Shown in pieces: positions 18,842 to 28,398 of a DNA stretch of 64,000 nt. The notes under the pieces are model-generated. The model ran no database searches and was not told the DNA's origin. It worked only from the letters and a program-made list of their open reading frames with translations. The stretch is taken from assembly GCA_963814585.1 (NCBI GenBank), contig CAWFDF010000003.1, positions 64,001-128,000 of the forward strand, written 5' to 3'. Within the stretch, counting starts at the first letter, position 1. Every line of letters starts with the position of its first letter. This DNA comes from an uncultured delta proteobacterium (GTDB taxonomy: Bacteria; Myxococcota; Myxococcia; Myxococcales; Anaeromyxobacteraceae). The translations under genes and the position numbers were made by a program.

Positions 18842-19920
18842 GCCGGGACCGGGACCGCCGGGACCGGGGCGCGGGCCGGGACGTGATCCGGAGCCTGGAC
18901 CGGGGCCGGTGCTGCTGCTGCGGGCGTCTCGAGCTCGAAGAGCATCTGCAGGGCGCGCCGGAGCTCCTGCTCGTTCTCCTTGAGGTACGCCGCCAGCCGG
19001 CCGTCCGAGAGTCCTTGCACCACCTCGGCGAACTGCAGCGCGAACCGGCGCGCGCCGGGCAGGGGCGCCGTGAGCAGGGAGAAGAGCGTGCCGGCCTGGC
19101 CGAACAGGCTGGCCAGCCGCCGGGTCTTCTCCAGGAGGCCGTGGCGTCCATCCATCGAGGCGTAGAGCTCGGTCAAGCTGGCGTGGCTGGCCAGCGTGCC
19201 CAGGAACTGGCGCAGCCGCGGGTGGCGATCGGCGCTGTTCAGCCAGGCCTGCTCCGGCGCGCTGGCCATGGCATCAAGCCGCTCGAAGAGCCGCCCCAGC
19301 TCGTCCCGGACGGCGCGCCAGTCGAGGCGCCCCTCCTCCCACGGCTCGTACACGTGGGTGACGATGGACTCGGCGGCCACCACGCCGCCCGCCAGGTCGA
19401 TGAGGTAGTGCTGCTTGGTGGTGAGCGTGGAGGCCGTGATCAGGCTGGCCCAGAGCATGAGCGCGTCGCTGCGCTGGCGCGGCAGGTGGTGCGACAGCGC
19501 CAGGGCCAGCAGGTAGGCGTGGCCGACGTGGACGCTGGGGAAGGTGTTGGACGGGGGATCGGCCTCGTGGAGGGTGTGCCAGGCCGCGTCGAGCCCCGGG
19601 TCCTCGTCGTGGATGGCCGCGCGCGGGTAGGCGGAGGGGAACTTCAGGAATGAGCGATAGGAGACCAGCGACTCGAGGGCCACGCAGCTCAGCAGGCGTC
19701 CCGTGCGCCGGACGCTCCCGCCGTGGAACGCGGCCAGGAAGCAGTACGGGAAGAAGGAGAGGTAGAGCCAGAGCGAGCGGGGGAGCGCCGGCAGGACCTT
19801 GTCGGCCGGCGTGAAGAGCGACACGTTGCGCAGCCTCGAGGCGACGCCGCTCACGGCGAGGTAGGCGAGCGTCTCGGCCTCGAAGAAGGCGACCAGCAGG
19901 AGCAGCAGCGGATAGGTCAT
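18838..19920 (-). CDS. PAP2-superfamily membrane phosphatase/phosphotransferase with C-terminal soluble extension
   Basis: TM helices; NTFPSVHVG and STLTTKQHYLIDLAGG motifs. Confidence 0.75.
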   Translation of the reverse strand: MTYPLLLLLVAFFEAETLAYLAVSGVASRLRNVSLFTPADKVLPALPRSLWLYLSFFPYCFLAAFHGGSVRRTGRLLSCVALESLVSYRSFLKFPSAYPRAAIHDEDPGLDAAWHTLHEADPPSNTFPSVHVGHAYLLALALSHHLPRQRSDALMLWASLITASTLTTKQHYLIDLAGGVVAAESIVTHVYEPWEEGRLDWRAVRDELGRLFERLDAMASAPEQAWLNSADRHPRLRQFLGTLASHASLTELYASMDGRHGLLEKTRRLASLFGQAGTLFSLLTAPLPGARRFALQFAEVVQGLSDGRLAAYLKENEQELRRALQMLFELETPAAAAPAPVQAPDHVPARAPVPAVPVPA

Positions 19921-20196
19921 GCGCGGCCCCCCCGGTCCGCGACACCGCAAGCCTACACGCGAACCCCATCCACCACCGCCGCGACAAGGTGTCCGGAGCC
20001 CAACTGGCCAGGGTCTCCCGGCTGGCGCGCCGGGTGGCGCGCCTCGGCGCCGTGACCGTGATCCGCTGCCCGCCATGGGCCGGCCGGGTGCGGTCGGACG
20101 CCGCCCCCCGCCATGGGCGGCGCCGCTCGCCGCACCACCCGCTCCTGCGCTCCCACCCCGCCCTGGATCGGCGCCTGGAGGTGAGCGGCGGACCTC

Positions 20197-21604
20197 CTAC
20201 AGCCGGAGGCGGTCCCCGGGACCGGGCACGTGGACGGCCGGGAAGCCGCGCTGCGTGAGCAGGTCGGCCAGCGCGCGCTGGGCGGGCGGCTCGCCGTGCA
20301 CCAGGACCACCTGCCGGAGCTGCCCCCGCCTCCGCACGGCCTCGGCGAACTCGACCAGGCCGGCCTGGTCGGCGTGGGCGGAGAAGCCGTCCAGCACCAC
20401 CACCTCGGCCCTCAGCGGGTGCATCAGGCCGAAGATGCGCACCTCGCTGCGCCGCTCCACCAGCCGGCGCCCGAGCGTGTGCTGGGCCTGGAAGCCGACG
20501 ATGAGGACGGTGTTCTTCTCGCTCTCGACGGCGGTGCGCAGGTGGTGGAGGATGCGCCCGGCCTCGCACATCCCGCTGGCGGAGATGACGATGCAGGGCT
20601 CCTGGCGGGCGTCGATGCCCTTCGACTGCGCCACGTCGGAGACGTACTCGAGCCCCTCGAAGTCGAAGGGCGAGTGGCCGCCCTGGAGCAGCTCGAAGGT
20701 CTCGCGGTCGTAGCAGTCGGGGTGGAGCTTGAAGACGTCGGTCAGCTTCACCGTCAGCGGCGAGTCCACGTAGACCGGCAGGGCCGGGATGCGGTTCGCC
20801 AGCCGCAGCCGCTTCAGCTCGTAGATGACCTCCTGGGCGCGCTCCAGCGCGAACGACGGGATGATCACCTTGCCGCCGCGGGCGTGGGTGCGCGTCACCG
20901 CCTCGGCGAGCGCGTCCGAGGTCTCGGCGAAGGGCCCGCGGACCCGGTCGCCGTAGGTGCTCTCGCTGATCAGGAAGTGCACGCCGTCCGGGACCTGCGG
21001 GTCCCGCAGGATGGGGAGGTGCGGCCGCCCCAGGTCGCCGGTGAAGACCAGCCGGGTGCGCGCTCCCCTGGTCCTCGATGTCGAGCACCACCACGGCGCT
21101 GCCCAGCACGTGCCCGGCGTCGAGGAAGGTCAGGATGACGCCCGGCGCCACCTCGTGGCGGCGCTGGTAGGGCACCGAGACGACCTGCCCGAGCAGCACC
21201 GCCACGTCGTCCTGCGTGTAGAGCGGCTCGACCGGCTCGAGATCGACCCGGTCGCGCTCGATGAGCCGCTGGATGTGCCGGGCGTCGGACTGCTGGATCC
21301 CGGCGGCGTCCTCCAGCATGGGGATGCACAGGTCGCGCGTCGCCGGCGTGGCGAAGACCGGGCCGCGGTAGCCCCGCCGGGAGAGGATCGGGAGGGCGCC
21401 GGAGTGGTCGATGTGGGCGTGGGACAGGACCACCGCGTCGAGGGCGTCGACGTCGACGGGCAGCGTCCTGTTCCGCTGCGTGGCCTCGCGGCGGTGCCCC
21501 TGGAAGAGCCCGCAGTCGAGCAGGACGGTGGCGCGGTCCGTCCGCAGCAGGTGCTTGGAGCCGGTGACGGTCTGGGCGGCGCCGATGAACTCGAGCTCGA
21601 TCAC
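20197..21604 (-). CDS. MBL-fold beta-CASP ribonuclease, one frameshift near 21060
   Basis: GAAQTVTGSKH, LSHAHIDHSG and DAGHVLGSA in one frame; FTGDLG, ESTYGDR, ISASGMCEAGRILHHL and FSAHAD in another. Confidence 0.85.
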
Positions 21605-21744
21605 GGCGGCGCTCCCCTCGGGCCGGGGCGGTGGGCCGCCTCCTCCAGGTGCTCGGCCCGGATGCGCAGCGGGCGGGCCTCGTCGCCGTCGAGGCAGGCC
21701 TGGTCGTGGCAGGCGAGCCTTGGCTGGTCATCGCGGTCGGGCAT
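21601..21744 (-). pseudogene. probable N-terminal remnant of a LOG-family (TIGR00730-like) gene
   Basis: AGGAG RBS; MPDRDDQPRLACHDQACLDGDEARPLRIRAEHLE resembles the AYxDxxFLxxDEARPLRILAEYLE N-terminus of LOG proteins that often neighbour this nuclease. Confidence 0.45.
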
Positions 21745-21882
21745 GGCACAGGCTCCTCGCGCCAGGGTAGGTGCGGTCCCACCCGCGGACAAGCCGCGGC
21801 CGGGCCACGTGACCATTGGTCGCAGGCCCTGGAAGGACCCGTCACCTGGACCGGCGCCGCGACGGCATCGAGCCAACCCATC

Positions 21883-22650
21883 TCAGTCCCGCACCCCGGC
21901 GAGGAACGCCGCCACCGCCGCCAGGTACTCGCCGGCGTTCTCCGCCAGGATCGAGTTGTGGTCGCCCTCCTCGAAGACCAGCAGCCGGGCCGGGCCACCC
22001 GCCCAGCTGGCCAGCCGCTCGGCGTGGCTCACGTCGACGAGGCCGTCGTGGCGAGCGTGGAGGATGAGCACCGGCCCGCGGTAGCCACCGAGCTTGGCCC
22101 GGTGGTCGAGCCTCGCAGCCACCGCCCCCTCGAAGGCCGCCCGGTTCACGCCCAGCTCGCGCGGATCGACGCGCAGCGAGAGACGCTCCAGCGGGTCGGC
22201 GATGGCGCTCTCCAGGATCAGCCCGGCCACGCCCGGGTGGCGAGCCACCGCCTCGAGCGCGAAGAGCGAGCCGACCGACCGGCCGAAGACCACCAGGCGC
22301 CCGGGCGGCCCGGCGGCCCGCATCACCGCCGCCACGTCGTCGAGCATCCGCCCGAGCCGCGGCTCGCCGGTGGAGCCGCCGTAGCCGCGGTACTCGGCCA
22401 GGAGCAGGTCCCAGCCCATCCGGCCCACCGCCTCCTCGAACCCCTCCTGCCAGTCGGCCACCACCTCGCCGTTGCCGTGGAAGTGGACCACGGCGTGGCC
22501 GTCCGGATCGACGCGGTGGAGGGCGCAGGCCAGCACGGCGTCGCCCGCGTCGACGTCGAGCCGGGACCGCGGCGCGCCGGGGCGCGGGAAGAAGTAGCGC
22601 TCCGAGATGAGCGGGTGGTCGAGGAGGTCGACGCGGGGGACCGGGGGCAT
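21883..22650 (-). CDS. alpha/beta hydrolase (ABHD/BEM46-like)
   Basis: VHFHGNGE, EYRGYGGSTG, FGRSVGS nucleophile elbow, ILHARHD, GDHN. Confidence 0.88.
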   Translation of the reverse strand: MPPVPRVDLLDHPLISERYFFPRPGAPRSRLDVDAGDAVLACALHRVDPDGHAVVHFHGNGEVVADWQEGFEEAVGRMGWDLLLAEYRGYGGSTGEPRLGRMLDDVAAVMRAAGPPGRLVVFGRSVGSLFALEAVARHPGVAGLILESAIADPLERLSLRVDPRELGVNRAAFEGAVAARLDHRAKLGGYRGPVLILHARHDGLVDVSHAERLASWAGGPARLLVFEEGDHNSILAENAGEYLAAVAAFLAGVRD

Positions 22651-22660
22651 CCGCTGGATA

Positions 22661-23908
22661 CTAGAACCTCCACCCCAGGCCGAGGTCGATGGCGTACTGC
22701 GACATGGAGGTCTCGTAGGCGGCCAGCCCCTGCCCGGCCGGGTTGGCGCCCGTGACGGTGACCTGGGGCGAGTACATGCCGCCGACGTTGACGGCCAGCG
22801 TCTCGGTGGCGTCCCAGCCCAGCCCCAGCGTGACGTGGCTCTCGGCCACGGCCGGGAAGGCGATGTTCTCGAAGGCGCGGCCGGGGTCGAGCGGGTTCTT
22901 GCCGTAGTCGAAGCCGGCGCGGACCTTGAGGGCCGGCGTGACCGCGAGCTCGGCGCCGATCTTGTAGACCACCTGATCGTCCCAGCTCATGTCGAAGGGC
23001 ATGGCGCCGGTGGCCGAGGTGTCGTTGGTGTAACCGGGCTCACCCTTCCCCATCACGTCGGACCAGTTGATCCACTGCACGTCGAAGGCCAGCAGCAGGG
23101 CCGGGATGGCGCGCCAGGCGACGCCCGCCGACGCGACGGCGGGCTGGTCGAAGGCGAGCGTGTCGGTCCCGCCGGGGAAGGGGAACGGGCCTCCCGGGGT
23201 CATGCCGGTGTGCGCCGGGATGGCGAACTCGAAGTCCTGGAAGTCGCTCCTGGTCTCGTAGGCGACGCCGAAGGTGAGGTCCTTGGTGGGGGTCACCTTG
23301 ACGCCGAGGGTGGCGCCGTAGCCGAAGGAGCTGGCCGCGTCGTGGGGGACCTGGCCGAAGCCGCTGGCGACGTCGTACTCCATCTGCGCCCAGCTGACGT
23401 TGAGCGTGGCGCCGACGGAGAGGAGATCGCTCGCCCGGTAGGCGATGGCCGGGGCGATCCGGAGGTTCTGGTAGGAGGTGAGGGTGACGCCGCTGTAGAG
23501 GCCCGCCGCGTAGTCGACGCCCATGCCGCCGACGCCGAAGGCGCCGACGCCGGCGGAGAAGCCGCTGCCGAGCGGGATGACCACGCCGAGGTTGGGGATG
23601 GGCGAGCCGCCACGATCCGAGGTGAAGGTGACGCCGTCGCTGGCGTAGCCCGGCGCGACGCCGGTGGCGGTGTACTCGACCGAGGGCTGGAACCAGGTGA
23701 TCGAGAGGTCGAGCCGGCGGCCCAGCTCCGGGATGCCGGCCGGGTTGGTCACGACCGAGCCGGCGTCGAGGGTGGCGCCGACGCCGACGCCGCCCATGCT
23801 GTTCTGCGTCGGGCTGAAGCCGATCATCCGCATGCCGTTGGTGGCGAGGGCGGGCGTCGCGGCGGCCGCGAGCAGGAGCGCCGCGAGGAAGCGAGGAAGC
23901 TGGTTCAT
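22661..23908 (-). CDS. FadL/OmpP1/TodX family outer-membrane transport protein
   Basis: Signal peptide then TNGMRMIGF...SMGGVGVG...NPAG; beta-barrel pattern; terminal WRF. Confidence 0.88.
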   Translation of the reverse strand: MNQLPRFLAALLLAAAATPALATNGMRMIGFSPTQNSMGGVGVGATLDAGSVVTNPAGIPELGRRLDLSITWFQPSVEYTATGVAPGYASDGVTFTSDRGGSPIPNLGVVIPLGSGFSAGVGAFGVGGMGVDYAAGLYSGVTLTSYQNLRIAPAIAYRASDLLSVGATLNVSWAQMEYDVASGFGQVPHDAASSFGYGATLGVKVTPTKDLTFGVAYETRSDFQDFEFAIPAHTGMTPGGPFPFPGGTDTLAFDQPAVASAGVAWRAIPALLLAFDVQWINWSDVMGKGEPGYTNDTSATGAMPFDMSWDDQVVYKIGAELAVTPALKVRAGFDYGKNPLDPGRAFENIAFPAVAESHVTLGLGWDATETLAVNVGGMYSPQVTVTGANPAGQGLAAYETSMSQYAIDLGLGWRF

Positions 23909-23955
23909 GGTGGTCCCCTTCCGGGATGTGCGCGTGATACGGAGTCCAATCACCA

Positions 23956-23971
23956 AGCGCCATTCGTGCCG
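23956..23971 (-). promoter_or_regulatory. sigma54 (-24/-12) promoter for the FadL-like gene
   Basis: Minus strand CGGCAC-GAATG-GCGCT (GG-N10-GC). Confidence 0.6.
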
Positions 23972-24011
23972 AACCCCGCAGGCTGGAAGATCGGGGGCTT
24001 GCGCGGTGCGC

Positions 24012-24052
24012 GTGGCACCGTGAGACGAGACGTCGCGTGCCAACGTCTCACG
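24012..24052. promoter_or_regulatory. candidate enhancer-binding-protein site (GAGAC-N5-GTGCCA inside the inverted repeat cgtgagacg...cgtctcacg)
   Basis: GAGACgtcgcGTGCCA at 24027-24042; the same motif occurs twice at 28308-28347. Confidence 0.55.
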
Positions 24053-24127
24053 AGCGTGCGACGTCGGGGCCGGGCCGAACCCTCCGGCCGCCACCCGGGC
24101 TCTCTCCGGGTAACGGAGGAAGCACCC

Positions 24128-24322
24128 ATGACCAACGAAGGCACCATCGACCGCGCCGTCCGTATCGTCCTTGGCCTGGGGCTGCTGTCCCTGGTGTTCG
24201 TGGGGCCGCAGTCCACGCTCGGCTACATCGGCCTCGTCCCGCTGGCGACCGGCCTGATCGGCTTCTGCCCGCTCTACAAGGTGCTCGGCCTCAGCACGGC
24301 CGCCCCGCCGGCGAAGCGGTAG
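24128..24322 (+). CDS. DUF2892 (YgaP-like) small membrane protein
   Basis: GGAGGA RBS; MTNEGTIDRAVRIVLGL...GLVPLATGLIGFCPLYKVLGLST. Confidence 0.9.
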   Translation: MTNEGTIDRAVRIVLGLGLLSLVFVGPQSTLGYIGLVPLATGLIGFCPLYKVLGLSTAAPPAKR

Positions 24323-24455
24323 CCGGGCGATCGGCCGCCTCGTCTCGCCGCGCCGGGCTCAGGCCCGGGCTGCCGCACCGGGCGCAGGCCACCGCCACCG
24401 CCCGGTAGGCCAGGTCCGCCCCGCACACCAGGCAGCCGCCGGAGTGATCGGTCAC
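24291..24455 (-). pseudogene. truncated DUF5714-like Cys-rich protein (N-terminal Zn-ribbon only)
   Basis: GTG overlaps the rSAM stop; MTDHSGGCLVCGADLAY...CARCG then degenerates and runs into the convergent DUF2892 gene. Confidence 0.55.
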
Positions 24456-26473
24456 GGCGCGTCGCCCAGCCCGTAGAAGCGGGCGCCGAGCCCGTACAGC
24501 TCCCGCACCGGACGGCAGTCGGTCTCCAGGGCCGACCCGGTCCGGTGCCAGGCCACCGCGCCGCAGCCGCCGCCGCACACCGGGGCCAGCTCGCACCCCT
24601 GGCAGCCCGCCATGGCCAGCGTGGTCCGGCCGCTCCAGCGGGCGATGGCCGGCTCGTCGCGGGACGCCTCCGGGAAGAAGGTGCCGAGCCGGTGGGCCGG
24701 GTGGCCCACGGTGGCGGTGCAGCCGAAGACGCCACCCTCGGGCGAGAAGGCCCACTCGGTCTTGGTGGCCGGGCAGGCGTCGAAGTTGGGCGGCGGCAGC
24801 TCGCCGGCCGTCGCCAGGTGGCCGAGGCCGTGGAAGCGGGGCGCGTGGAAGCGGCGCAGCTCGGGGTGGGCCTCGCAGAGCTCGAGGTAGCGGGCCCAGA
24901 GCTCCACCCGGTCGAAGAGGGCGTCGCGGTCCTGCCGGCTGGCGCACCCGAAGAGCTCGTAGTTCCGCCCGATCTGCGTCTTGAAGCGGGAGGCGGGCTG
25001 GTCGAGCCAGCCGCGCGCCGCCGCGAACGACGCCAGCTCCGGCAGCCGCGGCAGGTTCTCCTTGTCGGCCACCACCCGCAGGTTGACCGGGACGCCCGCC
25101 GCGATGAGCGCGTCCACCCCGGCCACGATCCGGTCGAAGCTGCCCGAGCCGTCCTTGTGGGGGCGGCGGGCGTCGTGGAGCCGGCGCGGCCCGTCCAGCG
25201 TCACCTGGACCTCCTTGACCGGGCCGGCGGCCAGCGTGGGGACGAAGGCGGCCAGGTCGTGGCCGTTGGTGACCACCGCCACCTTCATGCCTCGCGCCCG
25301 CGCGCCGTCGAGGAAGCGGCCGATCCGATCGTGGTGGGCCGGCGTGTCGCGCAGCGGCTCGCCGCCGAAGAGGGTCAGGTAGGGCGTGAGCGGGCCACCG
25401 AGGTGGTGCCGATCGACCCAGGCGAAGAGGGCGTCGATGGCCTCGGGCGCCATCAGGCCGGCGCCGGCCGGGTCGAAGAGCTCCTGGTAGCAGTAGGTGC
25501 AGGCCAGGTTGCAGCCGAAGGTCGGCACCACGACGAGCTGCGTCTGGGTCAGCGCCGCCTCGGCACGCCAGGCGGCGACCGCGCCGTCGAGGAGGGCCTG
25601 GTCGGCGGCGGGCGTGTCCACCACGAAGCCGGCCTGGCGCAGGGTGGCCTCCGGCAGCGCGGCGGGGAGCGGCCCGGGGAGCGCGCGCAGGGCCTGGGCG
25701 TCCGCCCGCGAGAGCAGCGCGGCCTGGCCCGAGAGCGGCTGCACCAGCAGGACCTGGTCGCGCCCCGGGACGTCGGCGAGGATGGCGTGTCGGGAGAGGC
25801 GCATCTGGGCTTCCTCGGCGCGGCGCGGGGCGCGCGCCTCCAGGGTGAGGCTGAGAACGCGGACGCCGCCCTTCTCGTAGGGGGCGCTCCGCCCGAGGAC
25901 GCGCACGTCGGTGAGGCCGGCGCCGGACACCGCCGCCAGGTACTCGGCCTCGGTGACGGCGCCGCCGTAGCAGGCGGCCCAGGCGGCCGGATCGGACCGC
26001 ACCGCCTCGGGCAGGACCGCCTCGGAGACGACGTCCGAGACCACCACCCGCCCTCCGGCCGCGAGCAGGCGGGCCACCTCGCGGTAGACGGCCGCCTTGT
26101 CGGGCGCGTGGTTGATGGCGCAGTTGGAGACCACCACGTCGGCGCAGCCCGCCGGCAGCGGCACGGCGGCGAGGTCGCCCTGCACCACCGTGGCGCTCGC
26201 CAGTCCGGCGGTCCGCTGGCGCGCCGCCTCCACCATCCGCGGCGTGGCGTCGACGCCGGTGACGCGCCCGGCCGGCCCGACCAGCGCCGCGGCGCGGACC
26301 AGGTCCCCGCCCCGCCCGCAGCCGAGGTCGACCAGCCGCTCGCCCGGGCGCGGCGCCGCCAGCTCGAGCGCCCCGCCGCAGGAGAGCGAGCCGGCCTCGC
26401 CCGCCAGCGCACCGTACCGGGCGGCCACGGCCTGGCCGATCGGAGTCGTGCTGGCGTCGTCTCGGGTCGGCAT
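24452..26473 (-). CDS. ArsM-like SAM methyltransferase fused in frame to a radical SAM/SPASM peptide-maturase-like enzyme (internal ATG at 25804)
   Basis: MTase: SLSCGG, VDLGCGRG, VVSNCAINHAPDK, WAACYGGA; rSAM: RRE-like N-terminus, CNLACTYC, FGGEP, VQVTLDG; SPASM: CPA..C...CQGC-x5-CGGGC...C. Confidence 0.85.
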   Translation of the reverse strand: MPTRDDASTTPIGQAVAARYGALAGEAGSLSCGGALELAAPRPGERLVDLGCGRGGDLVRAAALVGPAGRVTGVDATPRMVEAARQRTAGLASATVVQGDLAAVPLPAGCADVVVSNCAINHAPDKAAVYREVARLLAAGGRVVVSDVVSEAVLPEAVRSDPAAWAACYGGAVTEAEYLAAVSGAGLTDVRVLGRSAPYEKGGVRVLSLTLEARAPRRAEEAQMRLSRHAILADVPGRDQVLLVQPLSGQAALLSRADAQALRALPGPLPAALPEATLRQAGFVVDTPAADQALLDGAVAAWRAEAALTQTQLVVVPTFGCNLACTYCYQELFDPAGAGLMAPEAIDALFAWVDRHHLGGPLTPYLTLFGGEPLRDTPAHHDRIGRFLDGARARGMKVAVVTNGHDLAAFVPTLAAGPVKEVQVTLDGPRRLHDARRPHKDGSGSFDRIVAGVDALIAAGVPVNLRVVADKENLPRLPELASFAAARGWLDQPASRFKTQIGRNYELFGCASRQDRDALFDRVELWARYLELCEAHPELRRFHAPRFHGLGHLATAGELPPPNFDACPATKTEWAFSPEGGVFGCTATVGHPAHRLGTFFPEASRDEPAIARWSGRTTLAMAGCQGCELAPVCGGGCGAVAWHRTGSALETDCRPVRELYGLGARFYGLGDAP

Positions 26474-26592
26474 GGGGGCCCCTGTTGGAGCCACGGCACG
26501 GGCCCCAGGATTCCGAAGATCGACCCGCCGGGGCCCCACGGCAAGCCGAACCGCGCCGCCGCGGCCGGGCTCACAGGAGCAGGAGGTCCCCC

Positions 26593-26802
26593 GTGAACCG
26601 GCTCATGCTCGAACACTGCAGCTGCGAGGAGATCGGGGACCGGCTCTCGGAGTACCTCGACGAGGAGCTGGGGGCCGTGGACCGGGCCCGGGTGACGCTG
26701 CACCTGACCGCCTGCCGGCGCTGCGCCGCGGCGGCGGCCAGCCTGGCCGCGACCATCCGGGCGGTCCACCGCCGGGCGGGCTGGATCGGCCGCCGCCACT
26801 GA
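26593..26802 (+). CDS. stand-alone zf-HC2 (anti-sigma-type zinc finger) protein
   Basis: AGGAGG RBS + GTG; CEEIGDRLSEYLDEEL...HLTACRRC. Confidence 0.8.
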   Translation: MNRLMLEHCSCEEIGDRLSEYLDEELGAVDRARVTLHLTACRRCAAAAASLAATIRAVHRRAGWIGRRH

Positions 26803-26827
26803 CGGCGCCGGGGGCGTGGAGGTCTCC

Positions 26828-28294
26828 CTACTCCAGCCCCATGGCGCGCATCCGGCGCCAGAGCGTGCTGCGGCTCAGGCCGAGCGCCCGGGCCGTCTCC
26901 ACCCGGTTCCAGCGGCAAGCCTCCAGGGCGCTCAGGACCGCCGCGCTTTCCTCGGGCGGCACCATCCCGCCCTGGCCGCGCCTCCTCCCCGCCGGCGCGG
27001 CGGCCGGGCCCGGGATCGCGGCGCGCCTCTCGTCCGGCGCGGCCTCGTCGCCGGACCCGGCGCCCTCCAGCACCTCGGGCGGGAGGTCCTCCGGCTGGAT
27101 GGTCTGCCCCTGGCAGACGGTGGCGGCGAACTCGAGCGCGTTCTCCAGCTCGCGGACGTTGCCCGGCCACGGGTGGGAGAGCAGGACCCTCACCGCCTCG
27201 GGCGAGAAGCGCAGGGCCCGGCCGGTGCGCGCGCCGGCCTTGCCGAGCAGCAGCCGGGCGATGGGCTCGATGTCCTCCCGCCGGTCGCGCAGGCGCGGCA
27301 CCTCGATGGGGAAGACGCGCAGCCGGTAGTAGAGGTCCTCGCGGAACTGGCCGTCGGCCACCGCCTTGCGCAGGTTCCGGTTGGTGGCGGCGATGATCCG
27401 GGCGTTGGTCCGGCGGGACTGGCTGTCGCCCACCCGCTCGAAGGTGTGCTCCTGCAGGACGCGCAGCAGCTTGACCTGGAGGTGGAGGGGCACGTCGCCG
27501 ACCTCGTCGAGGAAGAGCGTGCCGTCGTTGGCGGTCTCGAAGCGCCCGGCCCGATCCTTCACCGCGCCGGTGAAGGCGCCGCGGACGTGGCCGAAGAGCT
27601 CGCTCTCCAGCAGCTCGCCCGGCAGGGCGGCGGCGTTGACCGCCACGAACGGGCCGCTCCGGCGCGGAGAGTGGGCGTGGATGATGCGGGCCATGACCTC
27701 CTTGCCCGTGCCGCTGTCGCCGGTGATCAGGACCGTCGACTCGCTCTGCTGCAAGGTGTCGATGAGCCGGAAGACCCGCCCCATCGCCTTGGAGCGGCCG
27801 ATCAGGCCGAAGCCGCCGATGGGACCGCTGGCCTCCTCGGTGGCCTCGTCGGCGGGGCGCAGCACCACCAGGTAGCGGGCCTCCGGGTCGCACACCCCGA
27901 GGCGATCCCGCAGCAGCGGCGCGGCAGACACCGACATGAGCCGGGCCGGACCCTCCGGGCCCTGGAGCACGGCCCGCCAGCCCTCCCGCTTCTCGCCGGC
28001 CAGCAGCGCCAGCCGCAGCGGGCCCTCGGCGCCGAAGAGCTCCGGACCGAGCAGGGCCTCCACCGGGTGGTCTCGCGCGGCGGCCGCGGCGACCGGTCCG
28101 AGGAGCGTGTCGAGCAGCTCCGAGGCGTAGCGGACGCGGAACTGGCCGTCGAGCGCCATGCAGACCCGCCCCAGCGAGCCGAAGGCGGCGTTGACGGCCG
28201 CGAAGGCCCGCTCGTGGTCGGTGGCGTCGGCGGCGCATGCCGGGGTGGATGCTGACCGGGAGGCGGAGTCCGCGGCGGCGAGGTCGGTGGTCAC
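26828..28294 (-). CDS. sigma54-dependent enhancer-binding protein (PAS-like + AAA+ + Fis HTH)
   Basis: GDSGTGKE, ESELFGHVRGAFTGA, LFLDEVGD, FREDLYYRL, WPGNVRELEN, ARALGLSRSTLWRRM. Confidence 0.95.
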   Translation of the reverse strand: MTTDLAAADSASRSASTPACAADATDHERAFAAVNAAFGSLGRVCMALDGQFRVRYASELLDTLLGPVAAAAARDHPVEALLGPELFGAEGPLRLALLAGEKREGWRAVLQGPEGPARLMSVSAAPLLRDRLGVCDPEARYLVVLRPADEATEEASGPIGGFGLIGRSKAMGRVFRLIDTLQQSESTVLITGDSGTGKEVMARIIHAHSPRRSGPFVAVNAAALPGELLESELFGHVRGAFTGAVKDRAGRFETANDGTLFLDEVGDVPLHLQVKLLRVLQEHTFERVGDSQSRRTNARIIAATNRNLRKAVADGQFREDLYYRLRVFPIEVPRLRDRREDIEPIARLLLGKAGARTGRALRFSPEAVRVLLSHPWPGNVRELENALEFAATVCQGQTIQPEDLPPEVLEGAGSGDEAAPDERRAAIPGPAAAPAGRRRGQGGMVPPEESAAVLSALEACRWNRVETARALGLSRSTLWRRMRAMGLE

Positions 28295-28307
28295 GTTTCA
28301 CGCTCCC

Positions 28308-28347
28308 TGGCACGTCATGTCTCGTCCATTTGAGACGAAATGTGCCA
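28308..28347. promoter_or_regulatory. inverted pair of GAGAC-N5-GTGCCA boxes (candidate upstream activator sequence)
   Basis: TGGCAC-gtcat-GTCTC (28308-28323) ... GAGAC-gaaat-GTGCCA (28332-28347), between the regulator and otr. Confidence 0.6.
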
Positions 28348-28398
28348 GACGGGGTTCGGAATTCGCTCAACTGTTTGAATTCACTGGGTTCAATTGCC

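Noticed and set aside
24452..25804. rSAM as a heme or cytochrome maturase (AhbC/D, NirJ) serving the multiheme operon
   Set aside because: The RRE-like N-terminus, ArsM-like partner and candidate peptide fit a peptide maturase better, and no ahb/nir genes are present; not fully excluded without phylogeny
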